From the NCBI GenBank assembly GCA_041746575.1, contig JBGTGT010000037.1:1-34430 (forward strand): a DNA stretch of 34,430 nt. Direction: 5' to 3'. The notes under the pieces are model-generated. The model saw only the letters and a list, made by a program, of their open reading frames with translations, was not told the origin of the DNA and searched no databases. The position numbers and the translations under genes are program-made. The stretch is from Microcystaceae cyanobacterium (lineage in GTDB: Bacteria > Cyanobacteriota > Cyanobacteriia > Cyanobacteriales > Microcystaceae). Shown here one piece after another: positions 1-7,150 of this stretch; within the stretch, counting starts at the first letter, position 1, and every line of letters begins with the position of its first letter.

Positions 1-184
1 TATTCCTCAGAAATGAATCTGATTGAAGCAGAATGGCATCAAATAAAAACACATGAACTGGCTGGTCGGATTTTTGAAGACGAATATGATTTGGCGATCA
101 CTGTAATCGAGAGTGTAGAAACTCGCGCACAACGATCGCAATATACTACAGAACGTTTTCTATTTAATTCTGCCTAGCTACTTA
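1..184 (+). mobile_element. IS630-family element, 3' end (transposase C-terminus 1-177 and right end)
   Basis: Frame 1 reads YSSEMNLIEAEWHQIKTHELAGRIFEDEYDL...FLFNSA*, matching the IS630/DDE_3 motif YSPELNPIExxW. Stop at 175-177. The element ends at a TA (183-184), the IS630 target dinucleotide. Confidence 0.85.
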
Positions 185-206
185 ATTGCCCTCGTCGAAC
201 TCACGT
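183..206 (-). mobile_element. Terminal 24 bp of a MITE copy (same family as 33774-33968)
   Basis: Reverse complement acgtgagttcgacgagggcaatta matches 33774-33797 acgtgagttcgaggagggcaatta at 23/24. Confidence 0.85.
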
Positions 207-286
207 TACAATAAGATATTTAGAATTTCTATGTTAGGGTGAAAAAAATAAAAACGAGGTATCGTTGATTGAAGGAGTGATCAACA

Positions 287-535
287 ATGCGGACTTGGTT
301 AACCACTGTTATTTTCTTATTTTTAGCCATTCAAGCTTTTCAATGGGTTAAAGGGTTTATCCTTCCTTTGCCGATATATGTGATGGCCGGTGCTTTTTTA
401 GCGATCGCTTCTAATTATGATAAAGGACTTGCCCCTTTGTTCAAATCTTTCTCCCCTTCTTCGGCTAATCCCATTATGGAAACAACTGCTACTCTCGTTG
501 AGGAGCCACCTCAAGTTTTAAACGGAGGTCAGTAA
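287..535 (+). CDS. Small membrane hypothetical protein (82 aa, two hydrophobic segments)
   Basis: RBS AAGGAG upstream; hydrophobic N-terminal half and polar tail. Confidence 0.7.
   Translation: MRTWLTTVIFLFLAIQAFQWVKGFILPLPIYVMAGAFLAIASNYDKGLAPLFKSFSPSSANPIMETTATLVEEPPQVLNGGQ
401..408. repeat. HIP1 octamer GCGATCGC (representative; also at 4993, 6900, 8538, 10996, 16729, 20585, 24484, 33354)
   Basis: Read directly. Over-representation is a cyanobacterial hallmark. Confidence 0.9.
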
Positions 536-540
536 TTCGT

Positions 541-578
541 TTTCGTTATGGTTGAATTCTTTCGTTATGGTTGAATTC
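541..578. repeat. Perfect 19-bp tandem duplication (tttcgttatggttgaattc x2)
   Basis: 541-559 equals 560-578; lies between convergent genes. Confidence 0.95.
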
Positions 579-597
579 TACTGTTGCTTTCAAAAGT

Positions 598-1092
598 TTA
601 GTATTCTTGTCCGCGATAAGTGCGAGGTTTTTTACGTTGAGGCAAAGCTGAAGGGGTGACTTCAAGAGATTCTGAGTTAGAAGCATAAGCAATCCCTCGA
701 TAGACTTTGCCACTGGGGGCATTAACGACTTCTTTCTCGCTTTTTATTGATTTTTGGGATTCGGCTGTTTCAGGAGAAGTATCGTAAGCAATTCCTCGAT
801 AAACTTTGCCAGTAGGGGTATCACTTGCTTTTTTGTTTTTTTGTGGCTCTGAACTGTTTTGTCGCTTTTCTTCAGTCCACAGGGTAATTAAAAACGGGGT
901 TTCCACTAAGAAACTATTTAAGGATGCTTGTTGACAAACTTGACAAGCCCGAATGGCTTCTTCTCGAAACCGTTTAGGAAAATCCCCATTTCGTACAAAG
1001 ATTTTATCAAAAAACGTCAGCTTTAAATGTTCTTTAAAAGCTTGATAATCAATGCCGTGAAGATTTAGATCTTGCACCGTGTAAACTTTCAT
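598..1092 (-). CDS. Hypothetical protein with three YRGxxY motifs (DUF4278-like) in a low-complexity tail
   Basis: GKVYRGIAY twice plus RTYRGQEY at the C-terminus; RBS GAGGAGG upstream. Confidence 0.75.
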   Translation of the reverse strand: MKVYTVQDLNLHGIDYQAFKEHLKLTFFDKIFVRNGDFPKRFREEAIRACQVCQQASLNSFLVETPFLITLWTEEKRQNSSEPQKNKKASDTPTGKVYRGIAYDTSPETAESQKSIKSEKEVVNAPSGKVYRGIAYASNSESLEVTPSALPQRKKPRTYRGQEY

Positions 1093-1175
1093 GTTGTCCT
1101 CCTCGATGAGTCCTCTTTCTCTGAATGATTACTGAAATGGGGGGTTAGAATTTTACGATTTGTAAACCTGTTATG

Positions 1176-1218
1176 ACTATATTAAACTGCCGATGGAGTC
1201 TCAGTGATCTCTGTCACC
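1176..1218 (-). promoter_or_regulatory. Putative class II CRP-family promoter for the 598-1092 gene
   Basis: Minus strand GGTGA-N6-TCACT (1218-1203), 21-bp gap, then -10 TATAGT (1181-1176). Confidence 0.6.
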
Positions 1219-1308
1219 TGCATCGGTGATTAAAATAATTAAACTGACCCCATAGCAGGGATTCTGAAAATGTTACAGTAAAGCAGACATCAAATTTACC
1301 GAGACAGA

Positions 1309-1932
1309 ATGGAACGGGAGCAGGACATCCAAACACTTATTCAAGCGGTGGAAAGGGCAGATTCAGCCCCTCAATTGGTTGAAACCGTGCAATCGCTTGC
1401 TCAAGCCCAGCATAAAGAAGCAATTCCTACCCTAATTAAAGTTTTAGGCTACAATAACCCTGGTGCGGCAGTGGCGGCAGTAGATGGCTTAATTACCTTG
1501 GGAGAAATGGCGGTTTCCCCTATGTTAGAAAGTATTGATGGTTATAATTATGGAGCGCGGGCTTGGGCGATTCGGGCTTGTGCGTCAATTGGTGATCTGA
1601 GGGCATTACCTGTTTTACTCGAAGCCGCAAAGGGGGATTTTGCTTTGAGTGTGCGGAGGGCGGCGACCAAAGGATTGGGCAATATTAATTGGTCGGGTTT
1701 ACCTGAAAATAAGCAAAAAGAACTGCAAAAGCAAGTTGTCGAAACGTTATTCGCTGTTTCTCAAGATCCGGAATGGATTGTACGCTACGCGGCAGTGGTT
1801 GCCTTAGAAGCTTGGCTAAAAGGTCAGCCCTCCTTTCAGGCAACCCTTCTCTCCCATCTACAGGCAATGCGTCATCGAGAAGAAGACCTAACAGTAAGTG
1901 CTAGGATACACAAGGCTTTGCTTCTAATTTAA
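1309..1932 (+). CDS. cpcF: Phycocyanin alpha phycocyanobilin lyase subunit CpcF (HEAT repeats)
   Basis: Motifs [45 protein letters not shown] and [11 protein letters not shown]. Confidence 0.9.
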   Translation: MEREQDIQTLIQAVERADSAPQLVETVQSLAQAQHKEAIPTLIKVLGYNNPGAAVAAVDGLITLGEMAVSPMLESIDGYNYGARAWAIRACASIGDLRALPVLLEAAKGDFALSVRRAATKGLGNINWSGLPENKQKELQKQVVETLFAVSQDPEWIVRYAAVVALEAWLKGQPSFQATLLSHLQAMRHREEDLTVSARIHKALLLI

Positions 1933-2825
1933 GGCATGGCTTCTAAATGGTTCGCTTTCTTCTTAAGCGTTCTCATGGCACGATTGGTTAATTGACGCAC
2001 TCTTTCGTGACTGATGCCACACTGTTTGCCAATTTCTTGATAACTCATTTTTTTGCCATTGTTTAAGCCATAGCGGAGGGCAATGATTTCTCGCTGACGT
2101 TCGGGTAAGGTCTCTAATAAATGGGTAATAGTATCGCTTACCTCTTCCTCTTTGATAAAATCTTGAGGAGAAGCAGATTGAGAGGGTAAAACTTCCCCTA
2201 ATTCGGTTTGATTATCATCGAGAATGACATTCAAACTGCGATCATGAGTGCGATAGGAGGCCTGCCGGATAAAGCGTAACTTATTGATAGAGATGTCCAT
2301 TGCTTCGGCAATTTCTTCTTCTGTGGGTTTTCTGCCTAACTCGATGTTCAAATGACGCACCGATTTGCGGAGTTTATTCAAACTCTCGGTAATATGGATG
2401 GGTAAGCGAATATTGCGACTTTTCTCAGCAATTGCCCGCGTGATTGCCTGACGAATCCACCAATATGCATAAGTGGAAAATTTATAACCTCTTTCGGGTT
2501 CAAATTTTTCGACTCCTCGCATTAATCCTAAACTTCCTTCTTGTACAAGATCTAAGAGGGAAATTCCTCGATTTTGATATTTTTTGGCGATGGAAACGAC
2601 AAGGCGTAGATTGGCTTCGACCATTTTTCGCTTCGCTTTTTTTCCTTTCGCAATAATCGCTGTTTCTTCTGCAGTTAGGTTTTCTTTTTCGAGTAGAGGA
2701 ACCATGGCGCGGATTTGATTGGCTAGCAGGATTTCTTCCTCTGGTTTAAGAAGAGGAATCTTACCAATTTCTTTGAGGTAAGTCCGCACCGTATCTATTT
2801 GGACTTTTGTTGATGTTCTAGGCAT
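1929..2825 (-). CDS. Group-2 sigma70 factor (RpoD/SigA family), compact
   Basis: Region 1.2 [11 protein letters not shown]; region 2 [13 protein letters not shown]...[16 protein letters not shown]; region 4 ISHERVRQ; no region 1.1. Overlaps the cpcF stop by 4 bp. Confidence 0.92.
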   Translation of the reverse strand: MPRTSTKVQIDTVRTYLKEIGKIPLLKPEEEILLANQIRAMVPLLEKENLTAEETAIIAKGKKAKRKMVEANLRLVVSIAKKYQNRGISLLDLVQEGSLGLMRGVEKFEPERGYKFSTYAYWWIRQAITRAIAEKSRNIRLPIHITESLNKLRKSVRHLNIELGRKPTEEEIAEAMDISINKLRFIRQASYRTHDRSLNVILDDNQTELGEVLPSQSASPQDFIKEEEVSDTITHLLETLPERQREIIALRYGLNNGKKMSYQEIGKQCGISHERVRQLTNRAMRTLKKKANHLEAMP

Positions 2826-3289
2826 AGAAAATTGATAAATTCTTCAGATCAATTCGTATCGTTAACCTTTTTATCCACTCCTCATTTTCTCACCCAATTT
2901 CTACTAAATTGAAATCAGCGAAAAATGAAGATTAACATTACAGATAAAGCAAGCACACTCTCTAAAAACTAAAAAGGGTCAAGCCGACAATGAGAACCGA
3001 CGTTATCTTAAGAGCAGGTTAGGGTCGGCAAAATGATGATTTAATTATAGACAATTTCCCAATAAGCGTCAAGAATGGTAAATGAGTTCAAGATGCGTTT
3101 TTTGCGGAATTTGGATGACTAAAATGTATACTAATTATAACGAAATATTCTTAACTGAGGGATCTATAATTTGGTAGAGGATGAGGATATTATCAGCTAT
3201 TCTATGTTCATTCGATGGTCTAAAAAGTGATTTTATAGAGAACGGAAAAAGCTGAACTTTACCTTTTATCTCGCCAAAATTGTCAAGCC

Positions 3290-3916
3290 TTATGAAGAGG
3301 TAACTAACGGCATCACTCGCAACCAAGGAAAAACCGAGAAATAGGGAAAGTACGTCCATTGGTAAATTTTTCGAGATTTTTGTTTTTTTAAGCTTAGATT
3401 TACGGATAAAAAGGGGAAAAGTGGCGAGATATCCACGTCTAAAGCCAGTGCTTGAGAGGAAAATGAAAGGGGGGGAGATAGCGACTTATCAAAAGACCAA
3501 GCTGTCACATTAAAGGGTTCTCTAATCCACTGCTGTTCTTGTTCGGTAATCTGGACACAAGACCGAATCGGACTATAAACTAAGCACATACTATTGCCCA
3601 CGAAATTGTCATTGGAGGCAATAATTAATAATTCTTCTGTCTTTTCTGTCAGATCGAAACAAGCAAAATCTTGACCCTCCCAATGCAATAATCGGGTTTT
3701 GCCGTCATTACTGATATAGTCGGCTTCAATGCGTTCAATCCTTAACCAATCTGGCTGAGTTGCCTCAAAGTTTCCTTCGAGAATTCCTTTTAATAAACTC
3801 CCATCCTGAAACTGATAAGACCATTGCAGTTGCCGATGCGGAGAAGAAGCAGGAGATTGACGCTCAAAAAGAGGAGTGACTGCTTGTGCTTTAATACGGG
3901 TCAGGGAAGTGTTCAC
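3290..3916 (-). CDS. Hypothetical protein (208 aa, GTG start)
   Basis: Long ORF with plausible composition; no family recognised; start uncertain. Confidence 0.5.
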   Translation of the reverse strand: MNTSLTRIKAQAVTPLFERQSPASSPHRQLQWSYQFQDGSLLKGILEGNFEATQPDWLRIERIEADYISNDGKTRLLHWEGQDFACFDLTEKTEELLIIASNDNFVGNSMCLVYSPIRSCVQITEQEQQWIREPFNVTAWSFDKSLSPPLSFSSQALALDVDISPLFPFLSVNLSLKKQKSRKIYQWTYFPYFSVFPWLRVMPLVTSS

Positions 3917-4045
3917 GTCCAGTCAAGGGAGTTAATGTTTAGGAAAATACTTAATACTCATTAGCTTAACTAAATTTAAGGCATTAGCCTTTTAAACTGT
4001 AACATAAGTTATAATTTATCCTAATATTTTAGCTTGCGATCAGAC

Positions 4046-4089
4046 TTGCTTTCAAAATTCATTCACTGTAGAATGATAATCATTATCAT
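4046..4089 (+). promoter_or_regulatory. Sigma70 promoter overlapped by a perfect Zur/Fur box
   Basis: -35 TTGCTT 4046-4051, 17-bp spacer, -10 TAGAAT 4069-4074. Palindrome TGATAAT-C-ATTATCA 4074-4088 extends to 8-1-8 (4073-4089). Confidence 0.85.
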
Positions 4090-4109
4090 AAAAAGGCTTT
4101 CCCCCATTC

Positions 4110-4370
4110 ATGAAAAATCTTAACTTAGGCTTTGGCCGTCTGATTAAAACCGATGAGATTTTAGGAATCGTCGACCCTAATAGTGCGCCAATTAAGCGGT
4201 TGATTGCGGAAGCGCGTCAAAATCAAAAATTATTAGACGCAACTCAGGGTCGCAGAACTCGTTCTGTCGTTATTCTGACGTCTGGGCAAATTTGGCTATC
4301 CTCTCGACAACCCGAAACCTTATCTCAAAGCTGTACTTTAAAAATCAAATCGGCAATCCCTCTAAAGTAA
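4110..4370 (+). CDS. remA: RemA/DUF370-family protein, divergent paralog
   Basis: Motifs NLGFG, SAPIKRLI, LLDATQGRRTRSVVI and LSSRQPETL. Confidence 0.85.
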   Translation: MKNLNLGFGRLIKTDEILGIVDPNSAPIKRLIAEARQNQKLLDATQGRRTRSVVILTSGQIWLSSRQPETLSQSCTLKIKSAIPLK

Positions 4371-4427
4371 TACATTAAAAATTCAGTTATATTTAATAGG
4401 TCTTCGTTGCCACCTTCTTAGAGAGCT

Positions 4428-4847
4428 ATGTCTATTCGACTCACCAAAAACCAACAGCAAATTTGGACACTTCTCCAGCAACTCGGCAAAGAAATGAGCG
4501 CACAACAATTACACCTTGAATTGCGCCAGAATGGGTCAAAAATTGGACTTGCTACGGTTTACAGAACCCTAAAATCTCTTCATTTAGAAGGAATTATTCA
4601 AGAACGAGTCACCCTTCTCGGGGAATCCTTTTACTATCCGATTACCGAAGCCGATCATCCTCATCATCATCATCTCAATTGTGTTCACTGTGGTCAATCT
4701 ATTCCTCTCAAAGATAAAGATTGTCCGATTGGTCGATCGCTCATTCAATGGTGTCAATCCCAAAACTTTAAAGTTTATTACCATACCCTCGAATTTTTCG
4801 GGTTGTGCGATACGTGCCAAGCGCAACAAGAAGGAATAAAAATTTGA
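4428..4847 (+). CDS. Fur-family metalloregulator, Zur/FurB-like
   Basis: IGLATVYRTL helix, HHHHLNCVHCG, and YYHTLEFFGLCDTC (two CxxC motifs). Confidence 0.88.
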   Translation: MSIRLTKNQQQIWTLLQQLGKEMSAQQLHLELRQNGSKIGLATVYRTLKSLHLEGIIQERVTLLGESFYYPITEADHPHHHHLNCVHCGQSIPLKDKDCPIGRSLIQWCQSQNFKVYYHTLEFFGLCDTCQAQQEGIKI

Positions 4848-4859
4848 TACGCTCGAAGT

Positions 4860-5966
4860 TTATCCCTTAGAAAGACGACTGGGGGAACGATAAAAAGGCT
4901 TTTTCACGACTTTAGCGGGATAGAATTTACCTCGGATTTCAATTTCTAAAACTTGCCCTACCTTCGCCACCGATGAATCCAGATAAGCAAGAGCGATCGC
5001 TTTTTCGACCGTCGGACCTTGAGTGCCACTGGTCACTTTCCCAACGACATTACCCCTTACAAAGATGGGATATCCATGACGAGCGATGCCTTTCTCGGTC
5101 ATTTCTAAAGCGATTAAACGCCGTTTAATCCCCTCTTTTTTTTGTTGTTCTAGGACGTTTCGCCCAATAAAATCGCCTTTTTTGTCTAAATGCACAACCC
5201 ATCCCAATCCTGCCTCCAAAGGCGTAGTCATTTCGTCAATATCTTGTCCATAGAGACACATTGTCGCTTCTAGTCGGAGGGTATCTCTTGCCCCTAAACC
5301 GCAAGGAATCACGCTTTTCTTGGCAAAAACCTGCCATAAAGACTGACCGGCACTCGCCCCCATCATAATTTCAAAGCCATCTTCTCCCGTATATCCTGTG
5401 CGGGCAATAAAGGCGGTTTCTCCCAATAAGTCGGTTTCTAAGTGTTCAAAGGCATTCAAAGTACTCAAATCGACTTCTAGTAGCGGCTGAAGGGTAGAGG
5501 TGGCTTGGGGACCCTGTAGCGCGATGAGGGCTTTTTCTTGGGAAATGTCGGTTAAGTTAAGGGAATCAAAGGGAAATTGAGCTAATATCCACTCTTTATC
5601 TTTATTTTTTGTGGCCGCATTAACAATTAAGATCCCTTTTTCTTCATTATGGGATTTTCCTTGGTAATAGAAAATAATATCGTCTATGATACCACCTTGA
5701 GGGTTTAAAAGTACCGTATATTGCGCTTTTCCAACTTCTAGCCCTTCTAAATCTGAGGGGACGAGGGGCTGTAATTGCTGACGGAGGTTTTTCCCTTCTA
5801 AGACAAATTTTCCCATGTGAGAAATATCAAACATTCCCACCGTGTTTCTAACCGCTTGATGTTCCGCTTTTAGTCCACTGAATTGAATCGGCATTTCCCA
5901 GCCTGCAAATTCGGTAAAACGAGCTTTTTGAGCAACGGTTAAGTCATAAAGAGGAGTATGAAGCAT
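4860..5966 (-). CDS. gcvT: Glycine cleavage system aminomethyltransferase T
   Basis: Motifs FAGWEMP, GMFDISHMG, ARTGYTGEDGFE and GLGARDTLRLEA. Confidence 0.97.
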   Translation of the reverse strand: MLHTPLYDLTVAQKARFTEFAGWEMPIQFSGLKAEHQAVRNTVGMFDISHMGKFVLEGKNLRQQLQPLVPSDLEGLEVGKAQYTVLLNPQGGIIDDIIFYYQGKSHNEEKGILIVNAATKNKDKEWILAQFPFDSLNLTDISQEKALIALQGPQATSTLQPLLEVDLSTLNAFEHLETDLLGETAFIARTGYTGEDGFEIMMGASAGQSLWQVFAKKSVIPCGLGARDTLRLEATMCLYGQDIDEMTTPLEAGLGWVVHLDKKGDFIGRNVLEQQKKEGIKRRLIALEMTEKGIARHGYPIFVRGNVVGKVTSGTQGPTVEKAIALAYLDSSVAKVGQVLEIEIRGKFYPAKVVKKPFYRSPSRLSKG

Positions 5967-6112
5967 TATAAATAATTAGAAATAGATTTTAAATGATAAA
6001 CGATTTCGGAATTCCCGTAAAGACAGGACATAAAGACCCCGTTTAGACCTTTTCTGAGAGTCTTATTTATTTTGGTATTTCCAATGGGCGACTTCGGTTT
6101 GGATTTTTTTGC

Positions 6113-6211
6113 TTCTACTTTTTTCGACTTAGTTCTACTTTTTTACCCCTAAAATGAGTCACATTTCCCAATTCTCTGGGACTGACATCCGAAGATTGGG
6201 TAAATTACAGT
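6113..6211 (+). promoter_or_regulatory. Putative regulated promoter: 10-bp-period TTCnACTT repeats, TGGGA-CTGACA-TCC core and -10 TACAGT
   Basis: Repeats start at 6113, 6123 and 6133; core 6177-6190; CTGACA 6182-6187, 18-bp spacer, TACAGT 6206-6211. The same core occurs at 28751-28764. Confidence 0.55.
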
Positions 6212-6245
6212 AAAGGGCAACAAACCTAGTCAAAAGGATCGGGCT

Positions 6246-6734
6246 ATGTTGAATCTATCTCGCTTTTTGCTTGCTTCTATTTTAACATTAACAACTTCAT
6301 TTTTTGCAGGAACTAATTTTGTATTTGTAGAAGAAATCACCTGTCAAGAGATGATAGGTTCAGTGACGGTTTATAACCTCAGAGTTCCTGCCGGTAAGAC
6401 GTGTCGTTTAAACAGAACAAATGTGAAAGGAACGGTTAAAGTAGAAGAAGATGCCACCCTTAATGCAACGGAAATCCAAGTAAGGGGCAATATTCAAGCC
6501 AAAAATTCGAGCGTTGTTAACATTGCCAATTCAAGCGTTGGCGGCAGTCTTCAGCTTCAACAAAAGAATCAAGCTCGTGTCATCGGTTTCAAAATTAATG
6601 GAGATTGGCAATCTGAGTCGAATCGTCGTCGATTAGAAGCGGAGCGTAACCCAATGGGCGGTAGTTTACAAGCTTTTCAAAATCGTCAAGGAATTACGAT
6701 TGTTAGTCATCGAATTGATGGCAATTTACAGTGA
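6246..6734 (+). CDS. Secreted beta-solenoid-like repeat protein, probably C-terminally truncated or decaying
   Basis: Signal-like N-terminus; repeated (V/I)xG(N/S/D)(L/I)Q units; ends abruptly at GNLQ-TGA. Confidence 0.6.
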   Translation: MLNLSRFLLASILTLTTSFFAGTNFVFVEEITCQEMIGSVTVYNLRVPAGKTCRLNRTNVKGTVKVEEDATLNATEIQVRGNIQAKNSSVVNIANSSVGGSLQLQQKNQARVIGFKINGDWQSESNRRRLEAERNPMGGSLQAFQNRQGITIVSHRIDGNLQ

Positions 6735-6754
6735 AAAAAATGCGCTTTACAGAA

Positions 6755-6988
6755 TTAAGGCAAATTTTGCCAAACTTGGGTGATAATTTTGCTGAGCCAT
6801 CCTCGTTGTGCTGAATCCAAAAGAGGATCATCAGCTAAGACTTCTGCTGTTAGATCATCCAGGGATTGCCCGTTAGAGCGTGCTAACTTAATTACGCCCG
6901 CGATCGCGACTGCCACCATTTCTTCGTCGACTGGACGATTTTTCAAAGCAAGCATTTGTGAAGAATTAATTGGGATGGGATAGTGCAT
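6755..6988 (-). CDS. Small conserved cyanobacterial hypothetical protein
   Basis: 77 aa with AIAGVIKLARSNGQSLDDLTAEVLADD, recognised as a typical cyanobacterial small-protein family. Confidence 0.7.
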   Translation of the reverse strand: MHYPIPINSSQMLALKNRPVDEEMVAVAIAGVIKLARSNGQSLDDLTAEVLADDPLLDSAQRGWLSKIITQVWQNLP

Positions 6989-7150
6989 AGCGATCTCAAT
7001 AGAGGATTTGTCAATAAAATTTGTATAATAGGATTCCTTAAGCGGTTAACTTTTGTTAAGAGTCTCTCAGGATTTATGATAAGGAAGTGTAGCGTACTTT
7101 CGAGGCAAACACCTCGCTAATTTTAGGGAAATTTCCGTATTGACTTAATC

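Noticed and set aside
541..578. CRISPR-like repeat
   Set aside because: Two adjacent copies without a spacer; no cas genes in the window.
3989..4002. NtcA-like site GTA-N8-TAT
   Set aside because: The TAC half-site is mismatched in AT-rich DNA; insufficient support.
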